Positions 39,468 through 53,699 of a DNA stretch of 64,000 bases are shown here, piece by piece. The stretch is from Octopus sinensis (taxonomy: Eukaryota), in NCBI RefSeq assembly GCF_006345805.1, contig NC_043004.1:103168001-103232000 (forward strand). The letters are read 5' to 3'. Below the pieces are notes generated by a model. That model was not told where the DNA came from, made no database searches, and was given only the letters and a program-made list of their open reading frames with translations. Numbering within the stretch: the stretch's first letter is position 1; every line of letters begins with the position of its first letter. Position numbers and translations under genes: made by a program.

Positions 39468-40152
39468 CACACCGATATATATACAAGTCTGCTGAGAATA
39501 AACTAACAGACAAATCTTCAGAACGGTTCAGGGTGTTATGCGCGCGCACACACACACACACACTGAGAAGAGGGACCGGTAGGTACATAGACAAACAGAC
39601 AGACAGACAAGCAGACAAGCAGACAGAGTGACAGATAGACAGACAGAACAATGACATTGTGAGAGCATAAAATCGTGTTTAGTTTTCAGTAAGTACAGCG
39701 CGGTACAATGTGTCAACGACCGGATCGCAGACGTATAACGAATTATTTGATACGCTTCATAATGGCAGCCTGTTGAAGAAATAAACATGTGAATATGAAT
39801 GTTTCTGTTGTTATTTCATGCTGTTATGAGGCGACGAGCTGGCAGAATCATTAGCACGCCGACAGAAATGCCTTCGAACGGATTATGTGGAAGATACCAT
39901 TAGACTAACTGCGCAGACTGCAAATCTCGAGAAGCAACGATCGAATGTTGTAAAATCGGATGGAAATTTTTTTTATAAGACGTAAGGAATGATAGAGCAG
40001 ATTTAAAAAGGGGTTATGTACAAATAATATACAAAACGTATAATATAAGAAATAATATGAGAAAGAGGGGCATGTGCAAATATAATTTGCAATACATTAA
40101 GTATAAAGAAAATGTAAATAAAAAGAGAATATGAAAAATATATGCATATACA

Positions 40153-40556
40153 CTTTACTCTTTTACTTGTTTCAGTCATTTTTGACTTCGGCCATGCTGG
40201 AGCACCGCCTTTAGTCGAGCAAATCGACCCCGGGACTTATTCTTTGTAAGCCCAGTACTTATTCTATCGGTCTCTTTTGCCTAACCGCTAAGTGACGGGG
40301 ACGTAAACACATCAGCATCGTTTGTCAAGCAATGCTAGAGGGACAAATACAGACACACAAACAGACACACACATACATATATATATATATAATATTCATA
40401 TATACGACAGGCTTCTTTCAGTTTCCGTCTACCAAATCCACTCACAAGGCATTAGTCGGCCCGGGGCTATAGCAGAAGACACTTGCCCAAGATGCCACGC
40501 AGTGGGACTGAACTCGGAACCATGTGGCTACTTACCACACAGCCACTCCTGCGCCT
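40153..40556 (-). mobile_element. SINE family A
   Basis: Near full-length copy. Confidence 0.9.
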
Positions 40557-40827
40557 ATATAATAATAATACTTAAATATTAAAATAAATAATAATTAAAA
40601 TATATGCATATAATAATAATATTTAAACATTAAATTAAATAATAATTAAAATATATATCGAAATATAAAATATTTTAAATATAATAAAATAAAAAGTAAT
40701 AAAAATGTGAATATAAAATTATATGCTAACGAGAAAATATATAAATATATAAATAAATCAATTGTGGACCAGTCCGTCGGGAACGGGTAGTATCTTCCAA
40801 ATTTACTCAATTTGATATCGTAGATTT

Positions 40828-42030
40828 CTATCCTTCAATAAACTGTATCCCAAATAAGCTGTAACGGAACATTGATAAATGATTTGCATAACGTTTTTTG
40901 AACGTTCCTTCACATATCCCGATATATGTCTTTTCGGTTATGTTATTGTTGTTGGAGGTTACAATCACATAAGTCGCGTATATAACTGACTCTGTCATAC
41001 ATAGTTTATCAAGTGGACAAGACTCAGATTCAAGACAATTACAGCCAGCTTCACTCTTCTGGCACTTGCTTCGTGTGATAATGTTTTCCACTGAATTCAT
41101 ATTGAACAATTTCCTGGATTTATGGTCACCCGGGAAGTGCTTATCTAAAAGCGCGTGGAATTTCTTGCCAATGTTTGTTTTAACGTTGAGGGCAAAAGGA
41201 GGGGCAAACCAAATAATATTTCTAGACCTATTCTTACGCTTTGTTTTATCACTATTGGTGTTTAGACTATCATTACAAGGGGACTTGTAAACTAATTTTT
41301 CTCTAAACCCGCTATTAGCAAAAGCTTTATTGTAATATGGTGTGGCCTTATTAAAAATTTCCTCAGAAGACGAGAGAGCTGACACATTTTTGCTAATATT
41401 CTCTATTAAGTTCCTAAGTACGCTCGATGGGTGGCAAGACTACTTATGTGTGTATGTAAGTTTTCCATTAATTTTATGAAACGACTTGTAAGAGGAAGAA
41501 GTTAGGTCGAAGGACACAACTAAATAATCAACTACAGAATGATAGGTAGTTACAGTAATTTTTAGCCCCAAATGACAAAAAGGAGAAATTAACCGCTTTC
41601 TAAATATATCATCCCGGTATAGTCCCACATTATAAGATAGGTAATTATAATGTTTTGTTTGTTCCTTCTCGAGCCATGCCTGGCTCATAAGGGCGGTATC
41701 CCGGTTTCCTTGGCGTATAGGTTCCTCACCTGGACGGGACACCGGTCCGTCGCAGGCGAGCTGCAAGATGCAGGAGGAAAGAGTAAGAGAAAGTTGTGGC
41801 GAAAGAGTCAGCAGAAGTTCGCCATTTCCTTCTGCCAGAGCCGCGTGGGGCCCGGTCTGAGATTCGAACCCGCGATCCCTCGACCGCGAGTCCGCTGCTC
41901 TAACCACTAGGACATGTGACACCTCTTAATTATAATGTAGTGTATGCAATGTTTGTGCTATCGTATGACCCCATAGAAACATCGAATAGTTCGTCACTAT
42001 TCGACATTTCTATCCAAGTTGCAAATGGCA
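40828..42030 (-). mobile_element. Degraded Penelope-like element (RT plus GIY-YIG endonuclease), interrupted by a SINE
   Basis: RT motifs FDVSMGSYD and GLYRDD. Downstream RNIIWFAPPF..NVKTNIGKKF, CNC..CPLDKLC..SVIY and YIGICEGTFKKRYANH. Confidence 0.9.
41652..41925 (-). mobile_element. SINE family B, tail type 3, internally deleted
   Basis: Homologous to 50311-50622. TSD TAATTATAATGT. Confidence 0.85.
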
Positions 42031-42034
42031 GAGT

Positions 42035-42230
42035 ACACCGTAGACATGCGTACACAAAATGTGACAAGGCTGACACTTGGAAATACAGGTACTACTCATT
42101 TTTGTCAGGTGAGTTAACTGGAACCACATGAAATAAAGTGTGTTGCCCGAGGACACAACACAGTGCCGGGTATCGAACTCACGACCCTACGATCGTGAGT
42201 CGAATACTCTAACTACTAAGCCACGTGTCT
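42035..42230 (-). mobile_element. CORE-type tRNA SINE sharing its tail with SINE B type 1
   Basis: Head GTGGCTTAGTAGTTAG..GAGTTCGATACC, then GTGTCCTCGGGCAACAC, then tail GTACCTGTATTTCCAAG..CAGCCTTGTCAC. Confidence 0.7.
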
Positions 42231-42271
42231 GTAAGTGCGTGTGCGTGTGCTAGTGTGTGTGCATATGCGTG

Positions 42272-42302
<31 letters not shown>

Positions 42303-42354
42303 TGTGTGTGCATGTGTGTGTGTGTGTGTGTATGCATACATGTATCTGTGCTTT

Positions 42355-42773
42355 TCTTATTTCTTTAATGCCCACAAGGGGCTAAACATAGAGGGAACAA
42401 ACAAGGCCAGACAAAGGGATCAAGTCGATTATATCGACCCCAGTGCGTAACTGGTACTTAATTTATCGACCCCGAAAAGATGAAAAGCAAAGTCGACCTC
42501 AGCGGAATTTGAACTCAGAACGTAGCAGCAGACGAAATACCTATTTCTTTACTGCCCACAAGGGGCTAAACACAGAGAGGACAAACAAGGCCAGACAAAG
42601 GGATTAATTCGATTATATCGACCCCAGTGCGTAACTGGTACTTAATTTATCGACCCCGAAAGGATGAAAAGCAAAGTCGACCTCGGCGGAATTTGAACTC
42701 AGAACATAACGGCAGACGAAATACCACTAAGCATGTCGCCCGGCATGCTAACGTTTCTGCCAGCTCGCCGCCT
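42355..42773 (-). mobile_element. SINE family C with tandemly duplicated body
   Basis: The body from GTATTTCGTCTG to AAAGAAATA is present twice. Confidence 0.88.
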
Positions 42774-43093
42774 TTTTAGCTGTTCTTTTCTGTTTGTGTT
42801 TGTCCCCCACCACGGCTTGACAACCGGTGTTGTTTTGTTTACGTTCCCGTAAAAGAAATCGATAGAATAACTACGTAGGGTTCGGTTCGTTCGACTAAAA
42901 CCTTTCAAAGCTGTGCCCCAGCTTGGCTGCAGATCGAATGACTGAAACAAGTAAAGGATAAAAGATATGAACATATTTGTAGAACTAATTATTTGTATTT
43001 TCATGTGCGTGTGTGTGTGTGTATGTGTGTGTGGGGGGTATTTGTGTGTGTGTGCTTGTGTGTGTGTAAGATGTATGTATGTATGTATGTATG

Positions 43094-43126
<33 letters not shown>

Positions 43127-43438
43127 GTACGTGTGTGTGAGTACGTACAGCCATATACACTTTAGCATGCGTACATGTTTGTGCACAAAGTGTAGTAAAT
43201 CAAGGTTTCGCGAACATCCACCTGCGGTCGATGGTGATACACTGGTTAAGTGTACTCCTAGATACACTGAAAAATATCTCCTTAATCTAAGTCTCTTGAA
43301 TTAGTAAGCCTAAACAGCAAGCGAAATAAGCTGGCTACATATATCTGTATGGAGCTTAAAGAGCTTAAATACTTGCGTAGAAATATGTATATAAATTCAT
43401 ATAAACATATACACAAGCACGTAAATACATATGTATAT

Positions 43439-43482
<44 letters not shown>

Positions 43483-43667
43483 TATATAATATATATATAT
43501 ATATATAAAAAAAACATATGCATATATACATACATATATGTACGTACCTACCTCTACATGTATATATACACGCATATATGGGTACAGGACACCAAAAAAC
43601 GTCGAACACAATGAGAAACGAAAACATAAACACAAAACCGAGGAACTTGGACATATTTTTAAACAAC

Positions 43668-43714
<47 letters not shown>

Positions 43715-43799
43715 ACACACACACATATATATATACACATACATATACATACAAGTATGTATATGTATGTATCTATCTATCTATCTATACATATATACG

Positions 43800-43844
<45 letters not shown>

Positions 43845-43897
43845 TTGTATGTATGTATGTATGTATGTATGTATGTATATATATATATATATGTATA

Positions 43898-43928
<31 letters not shown>

Positions 43929-44028
43929 CATATATACATATATATATATATATACATATATACATACACCACACACATATATATGTATATACATATATAC
44001 ATATATATATATAGATAGATAGATAGAT

Positions 44029-44087
<59 letters not shown>

Positions 44088-44696
44088 TAGATATATTACA
44101 CATATAGATATACGATAGACACTAGCCGTATAAATGTAAGCTACGTATAAACTATTAGAGCCAGTATTACACTAAGTTATTTTTACATGACGGGTGTGCG
44201 AAAACATCAGCACCCACCCAGAATGTTTTGCATCTGTTGCTGAAACCAACTGTTCTTCAAGTATGTGAGTAATCGAAATTTCCACACAAGTACACATACA
44301 TACATATATACATACATATATACATACATGTATTTATGTCAATGTCTGTCGATCCGTCTGCTTGTCTGTCCTTCTGCCTGTCTGCTTCGCTGTCTGTCTG
44401 TCTGTATATATGCGTGAATGTAAGTATTCCCCATATCCCTCTGATATGCGCTGTTCAAACTAAAATAGCGACAGACGTAATAATAGAAACCCGTAAGTAT
44501 GTAGAACACATTAAAGCCGTAACGAGTACAGACATGTGCAAGAATATACGTGTTTGCGAGTGTATATCGTACTTCAGTTCCATTCTGCCCTCGCAGAGAA
44601 AGAAATGCCGGAACGCCGCTTCCATATAGCATGGAACACGCGCACACACACGCTCACTAACACATATATGTACGCATGCATAGGTCGATATATCTA

Positions 44697-44895
44697 TACT
44701 CTTTTACTCCTTTACTTGTTTCAGTCATTTGACTGCGGCCATGCTGGAGCACCGCCTTTAATCGAGCAACTCGACCCCGGGACTTATTCTTTTGTAACCC
44801 AGTACTTATTCTATTGGTCTCTTATTGGACGTAAACCACCAGCATCGGCAATGCTAGGGGGACAAACACAGACACACAAAAACACACACACACGC

Positions 44896-44957
<62 letters not shown>

Positions 44958-45039
44958 AAACATATATACGACGGGCTTCTTTCAGTTCCGTCTACCAAAT
45001 CCACTCACAAGGCTTTGGTCGGCCCGAGGCTATAGTAGA
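44697..45039 (-). mobile_element. SINE family A running into the gap
   Basis: Family A tail and body. Confidence 0.85.
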
Positions 45040-45139
45040 NNNNNNNNNNNNNNNNNNNNNNNNNNNNNNNNNNNNNNNNNNNNNNNNNNNNNNNNNNNNN
45101 NNNNNNNNNNNNNNNNNNNNNNNNNNNNNNNNNNNNNNN
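45040..45139. other. Assembly gap (run of N)
   Basis: 100 N bases. Confidence 1.
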
Positions 45140-45459
45140 AAACAAGCTTCTTTGTGACTTCGTCCACTGTACGCTACTATATCCAAACCTTTCTCGAAAG
45201 AAACACTGCCCTGTCGTCTTAAAACGGAAGGACAATAGGATAATGTAATTCTGGATATATCTGAAAAAAATCAGAATGACGACGACTGAGACAACATTTA
45301 GCATATGGCCCCTAGATCAACATGAACATAGGGCTAAATTAAAACATGAGTAACAGCTTACCCCTATAAATGAAACCATGTGATTTCGCAAACATAGACG
45401 GTGAAACAAACGAACTTCCTTGATTTACCGTCTCAACAGTAAACTCACAATGTGTACCG

Positions 45460-45604
45460 GTTCAATGCATGGCTTTTTCGTTGAAACCATGTGGTTTCGG
45501 GTTCAGTCTCATTGCACAGCACTTTTGGGCAAGTATCTTCTATAGTCCCGGCCGACTAATGAATTGTAATGGATTTCGGCAGACGGAAATCGTGTGGAAG
45601 CCCC

Positions 45605-45655
<51 letters not shown>

Positions 45656-46196
45656 TTTGTGTCTTTATTTGTCAGTCCCTTCCCTCCGCTTAATAACCGG
45701 TGTAGTTTTCCTTATCTCCATGTAACTTTGCAGTTCGACGAAAGAGAGTCACTGGATAAGTATTAGTCTTTCAACAAAGCAAAAACTAAAAACCGAATGT
45801 ACTATCATCGATTTGTTCGACCTAACCCTCCAAGGCAGTGCCCCAGCATGGCCGCAGTCCACTGAAAGAAACAAGTAAAGGTAAACGATAGAAAAAAAAT
45901 CAAAAGATTTGAAGAGCCTCATCTGAAAGACGAGAGAAATTATTTGAAATATTAATCCTCCAGTTGCTCGGTTGTCATACGATAGTGGGGGCGGACAGAC
46001 ACAGACACACAAACACACACATATTATATATACGATGAGCTTCTTTCAGTTTCCGTCTGCCAAATCCACTCACAAAGCTTTGGTCGGCTCGAGGCTATAG
46101 CAGAAGACACTTGCCCAAGGTGCCATGCAGTGGGATTGAACCCGGAACCATGTGGTTGGTAAGCAAGCTACTTACCACACAGCCACTCCTACACCT
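45460..46196. mobile_element. Diverged plus-strand SINE A (about 45460-45880) and partial minus-strand SINE A (about 45968-46196)
   Basis: Homologous to family A. Confidence 0.75.
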
Positions 46197-46284
46197 ATGA
46201 GGGTACTTTGTTTACCGTGGCGTTCCTTATTCAATACAATTTATATTCTCGTCATGAAATGATTAGCAGAATGCAGAAAACAAT

Positions 46285-46682
46285 GGCGGTGAGCTGGCAG
46301 AGTGGTTAGCACGCCGGGCAAAATGCTTAGCAGTATTTCGTCTGCCGCGACGTTCTGAGTTCAAATCCCGCCGAGGTCGACTTTGCCTTTCATCCTTTCG
46401 GGGTCGATTAAATAAGTACCAGTTACGCACTGGGGTCGATATAATCGACTTAATCCGTTTGTCTGTCCTTGTTTGTCCTCTCTGTGTTTAGCCCCTTGTG
46501 GGTAGTAAAGAAATAGGTATTTCGTCTGCCGCTACGTTCTGAGTTCAAATCCCGCCGAGGTCGACTTTGCCTTTCATCCTTTCGGGGTCGATTAAATAAG
46601 TACCAGTTACGCACTGGGGTCGATGAAATCCCTTTGTCTGTCCCCCTCTATGTTTAGCCCCTTGTGGGCAATAAAGAAATAA
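46285..46682 (+). mobile_element. SINE family C with tandemly duplicated body
   Basis: Same dimer layout as 42355. Long TSD AGAATGCAGAAAACAATG. Confidence 0.9.
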
Positions 46683-46854
46683 GAATGCAGAAAACAATGT
46701 CCTCGGATTCATTTATTTAAAAAACTGAAAAATGCTTTCTATTTTCCCCGAAGCAGAAAGCAATGTTTGTCTTTTGAAAACCAGCTCACGTGAATATGAA
46801 AACGAATATTCATTAGCTTTGATGCGAAATCTCCTCAGTAGAACTTCACTCGCC

Positions 46855-47110
46855 GTTTCTACAATCTGTAATCTGTGAATATGAGACTTGAAAGAACACG
46901 GTGAAGGCGGATGGGAAACTAATGTGTTTAATCGAAAGTACTTCAGAAAGATGCTAAGGTCGACTGTCTGGACCGTGTCACAAATGAGGAAATTCTGAGA
47001 AGAGCAAGGTCACGGTCTTTGCAAGAGATTGTAACAGAACCTGTTCCGCCTGGCTGGTCACATACTCCGTCTAGCTGACCAAGGGCACGAGAAGCAGCTA
47101 TGGCCTGAGT
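46855..47110 (+). mobile_element. RTE-clade LINE remnant
   Basis: FRKMLR..LDRVTNEEILRRARSRSLQEIVTE..RLAGHILRL. Confidence 0.7.
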
Positions 47111-47139
47111 TCTGCTTTACTCGTCATCGTCGTCAGTGT

Positions 47140-47205
<66 letters not shown>

Positions 47206-47379
47206 GCGTGTGTGTGTGTGTGAGTGTGTGTGTGTGGATGTGTTTGTGTCTTTGTGTCTTCAGAGGAGGAGGTAAGTTGATTACAATGACCGTAGTGCTC
47301 AAATGGTACTTATTTTATCGACCCCAAAACGATTAAAAACAAAGTTGACCCCGATGGATTTTGAACTCAAAACTCAAAG

Positions 47380-47414
<35 letters not shown>

Positions 47415-47458
47415 TAACCAAAAATAAGCAACAAGAATGGATCAGTATATATATCTCA

Positions 47459-47524
<66 letters not shown>

Positions 47525-47552
47525 GTCTATAATATATATATACACACATATC

Positions 47553-47603
<51 letters not shown>

Positions 47604-47623
47604 ATATAAATATATATACAAAT

Positions 47624-47677
<54 letters not shown>

Positions 47678-47708
47678 CATATATATATAGATCATAAACA
47701 TATATATA

Positions 47709-47745
<37 letters not shown>

Positions 47746-47878
47746 TATGTTCGTAAATGCCGAACGATGGAAACGAGTGCTCATCACCTCATTGGTAGAT
47801 ATAATTTCTTTATTCGTGAATTAGGCTACCATTGGTTTAATGTTAAGAAAAAGTAGGGAAAATTTGCTAGTGTCTTAA

Positions 47879-48346
47879 GGGGCTATATCTTAGAAATCCG
47901 CCGGTCCAATGGTTTTCATTCATGGAAGATTAAATAGTCAAGACTATTTAAGCATTTTATCTGATCAAATTCATCCTATGGTTGCGGAACTGTTTCCGGG
48001 GGGGAAATGCAATCTTTCAGGATGATAATGCACCAATTCACACAGCTAAAGTTGTTACTGAAAGGCACAAGGAACATTCTAGTGAATTTGAACATCTTAT
48101 CTGGCCACCACAGTCCCCAGATCTCAATATTGTTGAACATTTATGGGGTATTTTATCCTCCACCATCATCTCTACAACAACTGGAGACCGTTTTGGCTGA
48201 AGAATGGACAAAAATTCCTTTGGAGACAATTCAAACTTTGTACGAGTCCATATCTCGTAGAATTCAAGCTGTAATTACTGCCAAAGGCGGTCCTACCCAT
48301 GTGATAAATTTGTTTGAAATTTTAAGGTGTTTTGTCCAACCCATGT
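47879..48346 (+). mobile_element. Tc1-like transposase 3' remnant
   Basis: GAIS*KSAGPM..YLSILSDQIHPM, FQDDNAPIHTAK, WPPQSPDLNIVEHLW and RRIQAVITAKGGPT, ending in TTTTGTCCAACCCATG|TA. Confidence 0.85.
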
Positions 48347-48660
48347 ATAAGAACACCATGGCCAGAACAAAAACAAAATAATGCAAATTCACCACACGAA
48401 AAAAATTCCCAAAAGAGAAATCCAAGGGAGACAAACATCCCCAAAATGCCACTCAAGGGTAACGTCCCTTGATTCATTACTTTATTCACGCGAATTTACG
48501 AGAATCCCCGTGAACTAAAAGTGGGTGTGTTTTCCCAAATGGAGGCGAAAACCTTTCTCCATGTGATCGGCTTGAAAATTTGTTAAGACACTCGGATATT
48601 TTCCTACTTTTCTTAACAAGAAACCAACGGAAGACTTAGTTCACAAAAACACACAGACAT

Positions 48661-48692
<32 letters not shown>

Positions 48693-48699
48693 ATTTCAA

Positions 48700-49369
<670 letters not shown>

Positions 49370-49398
49370 ATGTGTGTGTGTGTATATATATATATGTG

Positions 49399-49429
<31 letters not shown>

Positions 49430-49963
49430 TAAAAAAACGTGTAGACCATCATCATGTTATTTAGCCAGAGTTTTCAGACGATACATACACTTCGGAGAAT
49501 TGCATGAAATTTGTTTTATTTACCATTTTACTGCCTTGGATTTATTTCCTCGTAGTTAAAAATTATTAGATTCTAAAGTTGTGTGACCAAAATGATAACT
49601 TGTAATTATGTCAATGTGTATACACACGCGCCCACGCGCGAGTACACACACACACAGATACATACGCACGCACTCACACACACATACGCACACACATACT
49701 CACGGTTCCGGGTTTAGGTACCTTGGGCATGTATTTACGTGTTACTGTCGCCTTGCCGTCACATTTTATGAGAGTTGTAAACGAGTGTCACCGTCGTGTG
49801 AGTGGTGCCCTTTGTTTCCAAAATTTTGAGAAAAGATATCTGGTGATGGGGAAATATTACTTCACTTGGAAACAGATGGTGGTTGGCAACAGGAAGGGCT
49901 TCCAGCCACTGAAAATCTGCCTCAACAGGCTGGCCCCTACAATCACCGGATCTCAGTATAAAC

Positions 49964-50281
49964 CAGGAGTTCCCAACTGTGGTCCACATGGAACCCAGGG
50001 GTCCACAGAAGCTTTAAGAAGGTCCACGAGTAAAAAATTGTAAATTTGTGGATCCATGCATAAATTTTGTTTATTAGGAGAGGTACCTGTATTTATAGAA
50101 ATTTTCAAGATTTGTGTTTCGAATTTATGTTATGACTATAACGAAATTGTTTCATTGTAAGTTATTACTAACCTACAAACAAATATTTTATTTCAAAAAT
50201 TTACATGTGCATATATGGAGTCCACAAATGATAAGATAGCTCTCAGGGTGTCCACAAGCAAAATAAGGTTGGGAACCCCTG
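49964..50281. mobile_element. hAT-Charlie MITE
   Basis: TIRs CAGGAGTTCCCAAC / GTTGGGAACCCCTG. 8-bp TSD GTATAAAC/ATATAAAC. Repeated GGTCCAC motifs inside. Confidence 0.85.
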
Positions 50282-50310
50282 ATATAAACGAACAGTTATG
50301 GTGCATTTTG

Positions 50311-50622
50311 TGGAGGCACATGGCCTAGTGGTTAGAGCAGTGGACTCGCGGTCGAGGGATCGCGAGTTCGAATCTCAGACAGAGCGATCTATATGTTTAT
50401 GAGCGAAACACCTAAGCTCCACGCGGCTCCGGCAGAAGGTAATGGTGAACTTCTGCTAACTCTTTCGCCACAACTTTCTCTCACTCTTTACCTCCTGCAT
50501 CTTGCAGCTCACCTGCGACGGACCGGCGTCCCGTCCAGGTGGGGAACCTATACGCCAAGGAAACCGAGAAACCGGCCCTTATGAGCCTGGCGTGGCTCGA
50601 GAAGGAACAAACAACAACAAAA
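50311..50622 (+). mobile_element. SINE family B, tail type 3
   Basis: tRNA-Arg-like head, CCTGCGACGGACCGGCGTCCCGTCCAGG domain, (AAC)n tail and TSD ATGGTGCATTTTG. Confidence 0.88.
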
Positions 50623-50968
50623 CAATGGTGCATTTTGGAACTGCAAGTGGGGATCCGCTTCCCTCTACCATTCGTTACTGAAAGAGCTAAAGCAAAATAG
50701 TAAATTAGGGACCCACAAAAGTATTTTTAAGGGCCACTGAAAAAGCTTTGCTTTAGATGTATTATATTAGTATGTATTGCAAGAAACAGCTCAGTTTCTT
50801 TCTCTAACATTTTACATAGTTCAACCTAAAGAAGTCAAGGTGTGAAAAACAAAAAAGGAATTTTAAAAGAAGTATTTATAAAACTGGTTTTGGACATCGA
50901 ATGGCTGTAGGGGTCCACTAGTATAAAATAGTTATCAAAGGGTTCCATATATATATATATATATATAC

Positions 50969-51127
50969 TTATTCAAAGCAGCAGAAAATTCAACAAAACC
51001 TGTTACTCTGAGTTTCCGTTAGGTTTGTTGAATTTTCTGCTGCTTTGAATAAAGCATATTACTCTACCACTGGTATTTGAGTACTCTTTTTTCCACCTTG
51101 TTCACATTTATGTGTTTACTCCGGTAT
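50969..51127. mobile_element. Short inverted repeat with one-sided extension (Penelope-type end fragment)
   Basis: Arms at 50969-51001 and 51021-51052, embedded in (AT)n. Confidence 0.55.
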
Positions 51128-51145
51128 ATATATAATATAATATAT

Positions 51146-51183
<38 letters not shown>

Positions 51184-52196
51184 GTTCAGAACCCCTGGTT
51201 TACAAGATGTACGAGCCAATTCCTCAACATTGTAAGGTTTTGACTGATGCCGAAGATGAACCAACTTCGTGTTGAATAATAAATAAAGCTTCTACTGAAC
51301 AAAGTGTTTCCTTTATTTTGTACATATCTTTAGGTTGAGTGCGAATGATGTGGAGAGAGCACTTACCTTAGTTGTTTGGACAACGTGCTTTTGCGTCCTC
51401 TCCATGAGCAGCCCCAGGAAGTTTCCCTCTGTGGAGGAATTTATTTATTGTTGTAATTTTATTTTGTTACTGTTTTTTATGTACTTTTTTTTACATGCCT
51501 TTTATGTAACCCCACATTGTATTGACCTAACGTTTATTTTATATATTTTTTTATGAACCTTAATTGATTAATAAAGAAAATATTATCATCATCCTCCTCC
51601 TCATCATCATCATCGTCATCATCAAATAAATACCAGTTGAGTGTTGGAATCGATGTAATTGATTTACCCCTTCACATGAAATTGCTGGCCTTGTGTCAAA
51701 ATTTGAAGCTAATATTATTCTTGTTGTTTTCCATCGAGGTCAGTTTTGCCTATTATCTATTCGGGGTCGATAAAATAGATACTAATACACTTGAACTTTC
51801 TCTTTTTTTTTTTTTTTTTTTCACGGAACTTATAAATGATACTAAAAAATTTAACGTCAAATAATTTACAGTAATGAGGGAAGATCCGCGCGGGATTTAA
51901 AGGAAGGGAAACAACTTTACTTAGTAACTGAAAGTTACATTAGTTAGATTTACGTCCCTTGATTTATTTATTTTTTTACTTGTAAGCGTGAATATCACAC
52001 AAGAATTCTTGTTAATGAGTTAATTGCTAGAAAGAAGCTAATAAGTTAAATATATTATGACATTTATTTTAAAGGGCTTTTTTTCTGAATAGAAAATATT
52101 CAATCAGATCAAAATCTTTTTCGCAAATATTTATTTCCACGTTTCTTTCCGTAAGTGGTCCAGGTCGTTCTGAAGTAACTAAACTAGTTTATGTAA

Positions 52197-52428
52197 TCTT
52201 TTACTCTTTTACTTGTTTCAGTCATTTGACTGCGGCCATGCTGGAGCACCGCCTTTAATCGAGCAACTCGATCCCGGGACTTATTCTTTTGTAAGCCCAG
52301 TACTTATTCTATCGGTCTCTTTTGCCGAACCGCTAAGTAACGGGGACATAAACACACCAGCATCGGTTGTCAAGCAATGCTAGGGGAACAAACACACTCA
52401 CACGAACACACACACGCATATACATATA

Positions 52429-52463
<35 letters not shown>

Positions 52464-52622
52464 CGACAGGCTTCTTTCAGTTTCCGTCTACCAAATCCAC
52501 TCACAAGGCTTTGGTCGGCCCGGGGCTATAGCAGAAGACACTTGCCCAAGATGCCACGCAGTGGGACTGAACCCGGAACCATGTGGTTGGTTAGAAAGCT
52601 ACTTACCACACAGCCACTCCTG
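52197..52622 (-). mobile_element. SINE family A
   Basis: Full-length copy. Confidence 0.9.
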
Positions 52623-53004
52623 TGTAATCTTTCACTATATCTTTCATTTATTTAAAAAGTGGTGCGATGATTACAGTTAGAATGTCTTTCGTCATACTCA
52701 ATCAAGACAGACCAAGGGCTAAACATCGAAGACTGTGACTATTACACTAGCAGAAGAAATAATCTCATCTGTTATTGGCACGAAGCCTTGAAATTTGGGA
52801 TAGGGGGAAAGTCAATTGCATCGACCCCAGTCCTCAACCGGTTCTTATTTTATCGACTCCGAATGGATGAAAGGCAAAACTGTCTTTGGCAGGATTTGAA
52901 CACAGAACATAAAGTTAGATAAAATGCTGCTTAGCATTTTGTTTAGCATGCTAACCATTCTGCCAGTTCACAGATAAAATAAAATTGTGATCAGAAAATA
53001 ATCC

Positions 53005-53433
53005 TACTCTTTTACTTGTTTCAGTCATTTGACTGCGGCCATGCTGGAGCACCGCATTTAGTCGAGAAAATCGACCCCGGGACTTATTCTTTGTAAGCCT
53101 AGTACTTATTCTATCGGTTTCTTTTGCCAAACCGCTAAGTTACGGGGACGTAAACACACCAGCATCGGTTGTCAAGCGATATTGGGTGGGGGGTCAAACA
53201 CAGACACACAGACATATGCACACACACACATATACATATATATATAATATATATATATATATACACGACGGGCTTCTTTTCAGTTTCCGTCAAACAAATC
53301 CATCCACAAGGCTTTGGTTGGCCCAAGGCTATAGTAGAAGACACTTGCCCAAGGTGCCACGCAGTTGGACTGAACCCCCAGAACCATGTGGTTGGTAAGC
53401 AAGCTACTTACCACACAGCCACTCCTGCACCTA
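53005..53433 (-). mobile_element. SINE family A
   Basis: Full-length copy. Confidence 0.9.
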
Positions 53434-53699
53434 TAAAAAATTTTTTTTTAAATAAAATAGAATTTTTTTCAAAATGGGTAATTTATGTTAGATACTCATT
53501 CTTTCTGCTGGTTTCTGTTGCTGGATGGCGGCACAACTGAAAAATATCCCTTATGGGTTTAGTTGACCATATCGACTCCAGCAGGGATTTTCTTAAGTCT
53601 GTTATGCATTTTATCAATACATATTTGGCAAACTTGAATTACAGGGTATAAAAGTAAACAAAAACAATGATAAACCTGTGTGCTAATGTATGTATATAT

